A stretch of DNA of 64,000 bases from Podarcis filfolensis (Eukaryota). The stretch is from the NCBI GenBank assembly GCA_964270895.1, contig OZ185438.1; one strand, written 5' to 3'. Position 1 is the first letter of the stretch. Every line of letters starts with the position of its first letter. The notes under the pieces were generated by a model that saw nothing but the letters and a program-made list of their open reading frames with translations, was not told the origin of the DNA and ran no database searches. The position numbers and the translations under genes are program-made. Positions 53,725 to 64,000 of this stretch are shown here, piece by piece.

Positions 53725-54087
53725 GTGTGTTTTCATGGTGCCTGGGGCAGGGCAAGGCACATAGGATGAACAGACTCCACCACACCCACCCAGCCCTCGC
53801 CACTGCCAGAGGGACACTAACCTGATTCATCGCTGCCTCTTGGCCTCCCTCCTCTCCAGCCTCCTCTTCTGCCTCTGCTTCTGGACTGCTCTCTGCCACA
53901 GACTCTTCCTGCTCACTAAACCATGCTGCCTCTTCAGCTTCCAGCACCTCCTCCTCACCATCTGCTCCCTCTTCTCCCTCTGATCACTCACTGTCATCAT
54001 ACCACCAATCTCCTGGCTCTGAGCCTTCTTGGGGGTTCCTCAACTGGTGCCTCCCTCCACTCCTCTGCATCCAGCCAATCCATGACA
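53725..54087 (-). mobile_element. Truncated LTR, same family as 8115..8732
   Basis: Minus strand starts TGTCATGG; collinear blocks with the 8.1-kb copy (cctctccagcct, ctctgccacag, ttcctgctcactaa, ctgtcatc, gggttcctca, ctgcatccagcca). Left boundary approximate. Confidence 0.7.
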
Positions 54088-54320
54088 CTTGGTAGCAACA
54101 GTTGAACGAGTCAACTACTGTGTGCATTTGGCCATTTGTTAGTAGGAATATGCACAGGATCTATATCACTTGCTGCATTATAAATCCAGCTCTGCTACTT
54201 TGTAATTTATAAGCACCCCAAAACATTTTAACTCTTACAGATAAGAAATCCCTATATATAGCAAATTGCATGAGCAGTGACAAGTGAAGAAAGGTTTGTA
54301 GAATGCAATTTTCCTTTATG

Positions 54321-54498
54321 CAGGGGTGCCGAAACTTTTTTCAAAGGGCCAGATTTGATGTAGTGAACATGCGCCAGGGCCGACCAAAGTTGCTGAGCTT
54401 TTTTTAGGATTTTACACCAGGACATATACTGCCACGGGGCCAGATTAAATTGACCAACGGGCCAGATTAGCCCCCGAAATAGACTTTGGACGTGCCTG
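54321..54498. mobile_element. hAT-like MITE
   Basis: caggggtgccgaaact ... actttggacgtgcctg imperfect TIRs, repeated gggccagatt; TSD not recognisable. Confidence 0.5.
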
Positions 54499-57400
54499 AT
54501 TTAAGGTCATCACATGTATGGGAAAGGTAAGCAACATGCTTTCTTAGGTATATTTTTAAAGCTAAAACACATTCTAAGCAAATATACCCCAAGATATTCG
54601 AAGTAAAATGTGCCCTAACTTCAAATACCATCCATATTACCATAATTTTCATACATATTTTGTGAATATGCCACATTTTAAAATAAATCAGCCTTTTTAT
54701 TTTTAGTAAGACACACCAGTAGAGGAAGCCATTCTCTTTCTTCTCTGTTGGTATGAAGCCTGATTTCAAATATAACTCATCCCACTTTCTCACAGGTAAT
54801 ACTTAAAACCATTGCTCTACTATAAAGTTACAACCTTGCATTATTATTATTTTTAATTTAAGAGCTGTGATGCAATTTTATAAACCATACAACAGTAACT
54901 CAGCATACTTTCCAAAAAAAAGGGCTGCTCGTAGAATTATATTTGTATTTTTTGTAATGAAATGTTCCCATTAGTCCTCAAATGCACACTAATATGTTTG
55001 ATAGAAGTCTCCCAGCATGAAAACATAGAACACTTACCATAAGAATGACAGTACCATGGGGCAGGGCAAATCACAACATGATTTCAGGCTGAGTTTGATG
55101 CTGGAGGCACAAATGAAAACTGTGCACTTTTATTTCAGCGGACTTTGACAGATGGAAGGGTGCAGCAAATCTCTAATTGTTTAGATCATTAACTCATCTT
55201 TCCACCTGCATTCTCTCTGGGAAGAACCCAGCAGGAAGCCTGAAGAACAGCTCACAGCAGAATTTTGGAGTGTGAGCTATACTACAAATAAATTGGGTTT
55301 TTTTTCTGAAACATGATGTTTATCTGGCTGCTGTGTTTGTATCCTTAGTTAGCTTTTCTTTCACAAAATCCTCTCTGTTCTGAAGACTACAGATGGCCTT
55401 TTGGCCTTGCCATTGGGTCAATCAATCAATGACTATTGTCAATGTATTGTCGGCACAGAGACGAAAAAGTAAAAGAATACCAGATTGAGATTCATGGTGC
55501 GTCATGATGTATCACCACTTATTTCCAGCCCTTGTAAATGCCACTGAATAGGCATCCCTAAATTATGCTCTCTGGTCACTTAGTTTTCAACTGTGCTCAA
55601 ACTGCAGTACTAGAATTCAAAGGTGTAGAATTATCAGTATTCAAAAATTACCTCAAAGTAGAATTTCCTTTCTCATAAAATGCTTGCACACTTAATTATG
55701 TTTGAAGTAATTCATCCCATCAGAAACATATCATCAGTGTTTATTCACTATAATGGTCTGTTTCACACAGTAGGGTGGCCTTCTTGCAGTAGCCTGTTGC
55801 CTTCACAGAAGTCATTTATTCATACGATCAGCTTAATATATGAGCTGGAAGTTTACAGTTCTCAGCTACTTCTGTCTCCTATGCACATTTCAAAGTGCCA
55901 GAGAAAGTTCTTGCAGCTGCAATTCTAAACTATAGGCTCATAAATTACGTTGCTGAAAGGAATGAGCAACCCTTGCTAATGCTAAAATAAGTAAGTTAGC
56001 CCACTATGAACCAGCCCTTAGTAGTAATGAATACTATTTAATAACAATTAATTAGCAGTATTTAAAAGCAGTTGGGGTCCTTCCCACCCATGTTGTTACA
56101 CTGATTGCAAATTACAACAGCATGAAATTATATGAAGTTTATATATAACCAGCTTATTGTACTGAGGAAGAAGTGATTTCTTCTGTTGACATATAGGGGG
56201 CTTTGGGGGATCCAAATGTGCTTGTGTACAGAAGCCTGTAGACAACCATGCAGCACAAAGGTATCTTATTAGAAACTGACAAACAGGGATGCACACTTAG
56301 ACGTATTAATGGAGTGGACAGAATCAGCACAACTTGACACTTGTCAGGCAATGGATAATTAAGGAGGGATGATGGTTATGCAGATCTTTGAAGGTGATGA
56401 CAAGAAGATTAAATCAACTGCGGTACATAATTGTGAATGAATGGCCGGATTCAAGGAAGAAGAAAAATCAAAGACAAGACTCAATGGAACAAAGTTTAGA
56501 TTTAATTAACTCTTTTTCAGTTGATGTTTCATTAGACAAGATACAGATATCCTTGAGAACATTCAGCAGCCTATCATATTCCACAAACAATCCAACAGCA
56601 ACAACGTCAGGGTTCTGATATTTGCTGTTAATGGGGAAATTTGGGAAACCTGAAATAGTAGACCATGCTGGTACAGAAGATAAATTCTGACCTTTTTTCC
56701 CCCCTAGGCATTGTCAACTGCCTTAACTAAGACTTGCCAAAGGTCTGGAACCAATATAACAGAAGGAAAAATGGAGCTTCAATGCACATTATATATTTAT
56801 TTCCTAAAATTTATACACTGCTTGTTTGTGAAAAACCTCAAAGCAGTTTACAAAAAAATAGCAGAATAGCATAGCCTCACATGGACCATAGCATGAGTCA
56901 GTCACCACTTTTCTCCTCCAATGCAGAATCTGAATAAATGAATATCTTAGAACCAAAATCCATGTTGAAGTTGAGTTTAATGGATAGATTTACATGACTA
57001 TTTGCTTCCTACTCTCTTCTGTGTCTTCTACCATGCTGCCCCTCTCTACACCTATTGCCTCCTTATCCTTTCTTGGCCAATAAATTATACTAAAACTGGA
57101 CTTCCCCGTGGCAAGCAAACCCAGCCATACCACGTGAACCTACTTGCTGCATTAAGAACTGTGATACTGCAAATCTTCAGATTCTCAAATTAGGCACCAG
57201 AAACACATTCCAGGTCCGAGATGCACAACATTATGGAGGAGAACCCCACCATACATTGTTCTATTTGTTTCAGCCACAAATCACTCACCACATAACAACT
57301 TCTTTTGGCAACAGCTCTATGGCTATGTTGTTTAAGGTGTACTGTTCACCCCACCCCTAGCAATGGTTCCTTTCCAGGACAGAGTTGGCGTGTATAGGCA

Positions 57401-57756
57401 CCTTGATAAAATGGCAAAAAAAATATTAGAGAGCCACTAGAAGTCCTATTCCGTGATTAACCATGGAACATGTGTGCCACAAGAGCTAGCAATTGCCAGA
57501 CACCAGCATTCTTTTTATTTCCTAACTAGATACCAACCCATATACATAGATATATAGCACAGAAGAGGGTAAAGGGCTAAAGCTCTCCTACACACACCCC
57601 ATACACAAACAAGTACCAATCCTGATTGGGCATTCAGTGCTGGTTATTTCTGAATGAAAAATAATGAATTCAGGGGCAATGAATATGCTTAACATTTAAT
57701 GTAGTCTGCTCCTCACATTTTAACCAATTTTGTGTCAATTTAACCTAAAGAGAGAA

Positions 57757-57760
<4 letters not shown>

Positions 57761-57798
<38 letters not shown>

Positions 57799-57840
57799 AG
57801 AGAGAGGGAGAGAAAGATAGAGGGGGTGGAGTGAGAGAGA
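57761..57840. repeat. (TG)n microsatellite followed by a GA-rich tract
   Basis: Direct reading. Confidence 0.9.
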
Positions 57841-60033
57841 ATATGCAGAACAGAACAATATTGAAGAACAGATGAATGTATGAAATCGTTTTCATTGTTT
57901 CATTACAGTTTTGTTTTCAAGTAGCCTACTTTGGGTCATAACAACCTATTCATGTCAACATTAATTACCAGCAGCAAACATGAGACAGTGACAGGCTTTG
58001 TTGCCCTTCATTGGTTTTTATGAAGTTTAGTAGTCCTAAGTTAAAGAGTCGCTTGTGAACATCACATGGGAAATAGCTTGATGGATGTTCCTTATTTCAC
58101 AGCACAACTGCATCACTCAATCAATAGAGGAGACACCAGGGTTAAACATTTTTTCTCAAAAGAAATCTTGTATCTGTACAGAAATTCTATAAAGGACATG
58201 ACAACTAATCCCAAACTAAACTAAGTAATTGTGAAATTTGGAGGATTACCTCCCTAACTGACCCTTTGAGGACTCCCACCAACATCCATCTTACATGAGG
58301 ACTATAACTCCTTCCTTAATCCCCTAATTTCTGCTGCTACCAGCCATTTCTGGTAATATCTTATTCCCCAAACGACACATAAACAGTAGCAGGCGTAAGA
58401 CAGATAAACAAGGAGGCTTACTTTAAAGGTTAAGCAAATATATTATTTATTCAATCAATACTAGTAGCAGACAGCTTGGTGAGGAAGCGGTGTTCACCTG
58501 ACCTCCAGTCAGTCATGTCACTGCTGCTCACTAGGTGGTGGAAGGAACAAGGTCAGTGCAATACAAGTGCAACAGCAGGAGCAACAGAACAGCACAGTGT
58601 AAATGGACTGTGTAGCCAATCCACTGATCCCACAATTGCATTTGCACCACACCAACCTCGCCCCTCCTCCTCTACCTCCCTATAAGCAGCAGCAAAATCT
58701 TCCAGAAGACAGGTGAACACAGTCATGCCACCCAGCTGTCCACTGCTGAATTGTATTTACAGGATAATATGATTTAGCGGGTTAGATAGAATTACTATAC
58801 TTGCATTCTTGCTTGTATAGTAGCTATTCTGTTAAACCAGTTCCACTTCTAATCAAAACAAATAGCCCTTCTCCCAACTTCTCCTCCAGTTAGCACTCAT
58901 AGAAGTCTAAACTGAAGTCTTCCTGCTGGTCAGGAACTCACAAAGAAAACATCACAGAAAAAGTATTTCAGTTGCACCCACAGACACACACACACCAGCT
59001 TATTGAGATTCACTGTTGTTGAGAAATCTGTGTACCTTTTTGTTTCAAATGGAATTTCTCAATTCATAAAACAGGGCAGTTCTTCACTGAATATCACTCC
59101 TTACAGCACCTCAGAGCTTCTGGGATTTTGGTCCCCACTTAATATAAATTCTACAGAAAGTCAACTACGTATTAAATATAGATCTCAGCATACTGCAGTG
59201 CATGTCCTTGTACCATTATGAAATCATGGAAATTTTGGCTATATACTGTTTTACCGAACATTTTTCTACAATACTGGTTAAATAGTTTAGAAGGTAAAAT
59301 TCTAATGCAGGGAATAGACGCACTCGGCATTGTATGGGAATGAAAAGAGCAGTCAGTGGCTAAGCCCTATGGTTCCACTCTGACCCTCTAAAGCTGAATA
59401 ATAATTGTTGCTTCTCTCCAGGCAACTTAGCAAGATGCTTTTCCAGTAGAATCAAATAGTTATTAGCTCACTTGCACTCTAATCTTTCAAGGGTCAAAGA
59501 GTCAACACACACACACAAAGACAACAGTAAGACTAGCTGAAAGCCCCAAAGAAATTAAATTACTGAATAGCATAAAATATATAATCTAGGGAAAAGCACT
59601 TCTCCTTTCTTGAACAAGAATTGCTTGTAGAATAAATATTAAGTACATTTTAGGTCATGTAAAATTAACTGGCACAATCCAGCTCTAATAAAGCAACTGT
59701 AAAACCCCACAGGGTGGTATCCAACTACTAAGTCATGCTCAGAATATAGTCAATGACTTGGTTTGCATGTTGTCTTACCATTCAACACAAATAAAGATAG
59801 CTCCTGGAACTTTGCTGCTCCATGCAGCAGCTAAGTCATGGTTTAGCTTAGTGTGTTGTCCAAGCCTAGGCTATCTCCTCCTTAACCATCATTTGTAACA
59901 GGGTTCAGATGTCATGCCAAGCAAAACATTGGCTAAAGGGGCTGCTATCTCTGCCTCAAAAGCCAGCATTTTTGCACTAAGCCATAGTTTGGGCTTAGTA
60001 TGAAATGTGAAATCAAGCTATTGAGCTCTATTA

Positions 60034-60259
60034 CAGTGGTACCTCAGGTTAAGTACTTAATTCGTTCCGGAGGTCCATACTTAACCTGAAACTGTTCTTA
60101 ACCTGAAGCACCACTTTAGCTAATGGGGCCTCCAGCTGCCGCCACGCTGCCGGAGCCCGATTTCTGTTCTTATTCTGAAGCAAAGTTCTTAACCTGAAGC
60201 ACTATTTCTGGGTTAGCAGAGTGTGTAACCTGAAGCGTATGTAACCTGAGGTACCACTG
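60034..60259 (-). mobile_element. Tc1/mariner MITE, copy 3 (226 bp, opposite orientation)
   Basis: TIRs cagtggtacctcaggtta / taacctgaggtaccactg, TA on both sides; body is the reverse complement of copy 1. Confidence 0.92.
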
Positions 60260-60374
60260 TAGATTAATGGGTCTACTCTGAGTATGACTAACACTGGCTA
60301 TTGCCCATTAATTACAAACAGAAGAGAGCCAAGATGTTTAATTGAAGTAAATGGAAAAGGGAAGCAGTTGCGTC

Positions 60375-61006
60375 ACAAGGTGGGGGTGAGGGGGTGATTC
60401 ACCCCGAGTTTCATGTCTGGGAGGGTGAAAAGAAGGCACCCCATGGGGTGCTTGCCCTGCCGCCCCAGCTGCATGTGAAAGATCCTCCGTTCACGGCTGT
60501 AGCCCTGAGCAGAAGATCCCGCCACCGTCCATGCGGCGCTGGCGGCAAACAGCTACGTACAACGCATGTGCGGTGTTGCACGCATGCGCTGTATGTAGTG
60601 ATGCCACACATGCACTGTACATAGGGGTTTGCCACCGGCGCCGCTGAAGCGCCATACAGACTGTGGTGGTATCCCTCTTCCCTGGCTTGCCGTAAGCGGC
60701 TCCTGCTTTGATGCTTTACAGCGAGCCAGGGAGGGAGGGAGGAGGACGGACGGACGGGAGTCGTGGTTCCCGAGAGGACGAGCTTCACAGCTTTGCCAGC
60801 GCCCCAGCAAAGTGGCATAGCTCCCCACTTCCCCCTATGGCTTGGGTTACTTTAGAGTTGTGGGGGTGGGGCACAGAGGCGTAGGAAAGGGGGTGGACAT
60901 TCTGCACCCACCCACGACTTCCAAGCCTACCCTGAGCTGTCGATGGGGGGGAGGGGGTGACAAAAAAAAATTCGCACTGGGTACCACCTGGGCTTGCTAT
61001 GCCTCT
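60375..61006. mobile_element. GC/CpG-rich composite of non-autonomous DNA-transposon pieces
   Basis: Sharp GC shift; sub-element 60875..61006 has agaggcgtag / ctatgcctct termini; internal inverted repeats at 60541-60636. Confidence 0.5.
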
Positions 61007-61032
61007 ACAGGGAAGTTCTTACAGGGCAGGAT

Positions 61033-61067
61033 AGAAGGAGAAGGAGAAGGAGAAGGAGAAGGAGAAG
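61033..61067. repeat. (AGAAGG)n hexanucleotide repeat
   Basis: Direct reading. Confidence 0.9.
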
Positions 61068-61297
61068 AAGCAGAGGCAGCAGCTACCACAAAGTTTTAAT
61101 ATGCAGCAAGTGATTACATACATATAGTCATTGTTGACAAGATTTTAAGAGTTTTGTTGTATGCGAAGAATATGGAAATAAATGCATTGTAGTGCTTAGA
61201 ACAAAATGAAATGTATAGCAATCCATAAACAATAAAGTACAATGATGGATAACATTTTTGTACTGTATCTTTGAGAGAGAGAGAGGAAGTTTCATAC

Positions 61298-61345
61298 CTT
61301 TGAACACTGTTTGTGATTCTGGCACCAGACTAAGGAACCATTATT
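61298..61345 (-). CDS. ANOS1: Anosmin-1 exon 2 (48 nt), NNGSLVWCQNHKQCSK
   Basis: Acceptor ccccag, donor AAG|gtatga; the peptide matches the human anosmin-1 Cys-rich region as recalled and appears at the end of supplied ORF 61292..61792. Confidence 0.96.
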
Positions 61346-62826
61346 CTGGGGGAGAGAAAAAGAAGTAGAAGTATTAGTGACATATCTCCTTCTCAGGCTA
61401 GGCCAATATTTCCTGTGCATTCCCATAGTACCTCTTTCCCACTCTGAAAACAAAACAAGAATTTGTTTCCATTTCTGGTTAGGTTGGTGACTTTCTAAGA
61501 ATTTTTTGTGATGCCAACTTCCCTTGCTGACTTGACCAACAAGGTGATAACAAGGGTGCTCACTCGCAAGCTTATTCCCCACAGATAAGCCACTTGTGAA
61601 GAACATCCTGGAGAATAGAACCCCCTGCTCAGTCAAGGGAGAGGAACGATGTCTCCTTTCCCACTTCATCATGGTTGTGTGTTTAATTAGGTTGTTTCCC
61701 CCCTTATTAAACATTAGTCCCTGCCCACAAAGTAATTTGGGACTATATCCAAGGTGCAGAGGGTGGTCCCTAGTTGGCCCAGGGCAGTTCATCTTGACTG
61801 GGGTCTGCAGATTGGAACCAGAGAGTAGACTAGCATGGTTGTGTGAAGTCCTAATAATTAGTATATAGCTTTTATTTTATTTGTTTTAAAAAATGATACA
61901 TACAATTCTGGACATATACCTCACAGCAGATGTAAAATAACATGCACTAGCAGGCAAAATCCATATGTTCATCCACCCAGTTCCTTTGATCTTTTTTATC
62001 TTCTTTTTTGAAGCGTAACTGATAAGAGACAGGGTGCTGTAGCTCTTGACATTGTGTGCACTATCCCTAGCACATGTGGTGCTTTTGAAAGGTGCTTCTT
62101 GAGTCATTACCATGCCTTACACTAGTCAGGACGGCCAAATAAATACCTTTCCAAATACATTAAAGGTGGAGATTCTTCCAAAATATTTAGAAACATAAAC
62201 ATTTCCGCATTAGCACTTTACATCTTCAGCTCTTAAAACCGTGTCATCTTAAAATCTAATGCTCTTTGGTTGGCAGCAACTACCCATAAAGTTATCTTAA
62301 ATATACTAAAGCACACATATAAATAAATGTGAAACATAAGACTCATGCAAACGCTTGTGAATGGACAGGAACAGAAGACATAAAAGTTTAGGAGGATGTC
62401 ATAAATAACATACAGTTAACAGAAGTACTTTAGCAGTCCCTGTGCCAGCCAAGAATTTATTATTTCCTTTTCCAAAACCTAGCCAGTAGTAATGTTAAAC
62501 TAATATCTCATGGACTGCTTTCAATCCTTTATTCTTCCTATAAAGGAATGACAGAAGAGAACAATGATTGCAGCTGCAGATTAGTAGCAACTAGCTGCAT
62601 AGTTTTACAGCTCGGTGGCCTCTTTTCACTAAATCAGATGAAGTACTCCTGCTTTTGGAATATGTTGGTCACCTGGAACATTCTATCATGATAAATATCC
62701 CAAATGCAGAGGCTGCTTCTTCTTGCCTTGAAAGCTGCCACACTAGAGGCTTCAAACACAATTTCAAAACACAAACAATATATGTAGCAAAGTCATCTGC
62801 TTATAAATTGCTAAACTAAAATGCTA

Positions 62827-63149
62827 CAGTGGACCCACAACTGGCATTCCCTTTCCATATGTGAATGCAAACTTGTGCAGGGAGAAAATAAACAAACAAA
62901 TGGAGAGCAGGGGAAATCTGCCATTCCCTGTTCTCCGTTTACTTGTTTTTCTTCCACCTGCACACCCAGGTTTTCCTTGCTTGCCATGCTCTCGGAGGGT
63001 CCCAGCGCCCTCTTGCAAACTTCCCAGAACCCAGTAAGCAGGTCTGAACCTCACAGGCAAGTGGTTCCAGGGGCTCCTGACTTTGCATGATTTTACCTTT
63101 GTACACAGACCTTTGGAGTCAAACTCTTGTGTAAGTGGTGGGCCAACTG
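62827..63149. mobile_element. Possible old Tc1/mariner (Tigger-like) MITE containing a long hairpin
   Basis: ta|cagtggaccc ... gggccaactg|ta imperfect TIRs with TA flanks. Confidence 0.45.
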
Positions 63150-63756
63150 TAGACCTGCTAACTGTGTGCGCTCATATGCCAGATACATGTCTATACATAT
63201 TTCCTCCAACACAAGTCCCACAGTGTTCAAAATCCTCGGTAAGGGTTCATAGGATTATAGCCTCAGTCAGAACATAACCTCTGCACACAGTCCAATATTT
63301 GCAGCCATTTCTTTCAAATCCCAATGTTTGGGATAGGTGTGACTGCACTTATTCAGGCTTCTTTGGAATACTAGGAAGAATCAGGGAATGGGTTCTTCAT
63401 AAATACCACAGACAGGCTTAAGTTCTAAAAATGTCTACTTAAAAGGAACCCTGCTGAATTCAATGGACATACTCCCAGGAAAGTGGGGTTAGGACTGCAG
63501 TCTAATGCATCAAATTGTAAGGTGGCAAGACTTTCGCTATGGCAAAGTAGAACTCTTTCCTTTCAGAATCTGCCATTGCTGTCTTCTAATTCTTAGTATT
63601 ATAAGCAATGTAATAGAAGACTAGCTTTTTGTTACATTTAGAGTAAATTTCCCATTTTCTATCCCCCCCCCCTCCTTCTGAAAATATTTCTGTTCACAAT
63701 ATGGGTGCATTTTAACTTTTAATGTAAAGTGCAAAAAATGAAAACTGGTAGGAGGT

Positions 63757-63930
63757 CATAGGAGCCAACTTCTAGGGGCCAAGGTTCCTTCAGCTTCCCC
63801 CAATAAAATACTGAGGGGGCTGCCCCACCCAAGTTGATGGGCATTGCCATTCAAATGGTGTGTATGTACTGCGTCTTGTGGGGTGGGGCTTACCTGCTCT
63901 CCCAATATTTTATTCAAGTTGGCACCCCTA
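63757..63930 (+). mobile_element. hAT-like MITE, same family as 11013..11199
   Basis: cataggagccaact ... caatattttattcaagttggcaccccta. Confidence 0.6.
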
Positions 63931-64000
63931 AATTAAAACAGCCTACAAAAGTTGCTTGCCTGCAAAATTATTTAGTATGTATAGCCAAAATGGGAGTAAG

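Noticed and set aside
55038-55239. Cryptic sense exon with strong donor ATG|GTAAGT and acceptor ctgttcttcag
   Set aside because: 202 nt is not frame-preserving in a phase-0 intron and the pyrimidine tract is modest; such pseudo-exons are common in long introns.
58380-58770. Possible additional solo LTR
   Set aside because: Has tttattcaa and an LTR-like composition, but I could not define termini, a TSD or a second copy.
61346-64000. ANOS1 exon 1 or promoter
   Set aside because: No signal-peptide-encoding GC-rich exon or CpG island here; the 166-aa ORF 61292..61792 is intronic read-through except for its last 16 exonic codons.

Overview
This is AT-rich vertebrate genomic DNA. The repeat content (Sauria SINE, Squam3-type SINE, L2/CR1 LINE ends, many MITEs) points to a squamate, probably a lacertid lizard; the lacertid call is an inference. 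The window lies entirely inside one minus-strand gene, ANOS1 (KAL1, anosmin-1). I located eight consecutive coding exons by hand, matching human exons 2-9. They total 1144 nt, have canonical AG/GT ends and splice into one open frame encoding the Cys-rich region, the WAP domain, FnIII-1, FnIII-2 and the start of FnIII-3. Exon 1 lies beyond the right edge, and I did not find exon 10 or later exons, so they presumably lie beyond the left edge. The rest is intron: hAT and Tc1/mariner MITEs (several with intact TSDs), L2/CR1 fragments, SINEs, Gypsy-type solo LTRs and microsatellites. Apart from the few that overlap ANOS1 exons or LINE remnants, the supplied ORFs look spurious. I found no convincing new biological system. 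The best leads are an unclassified 784-bp promoter-bearing insert that splits an L2, a 91-nt pre-miRNA-sized hairpin in intron 1, and a sense solo LTR whose poly(A) signal could truncate anosmin-1 after FnIII-1.
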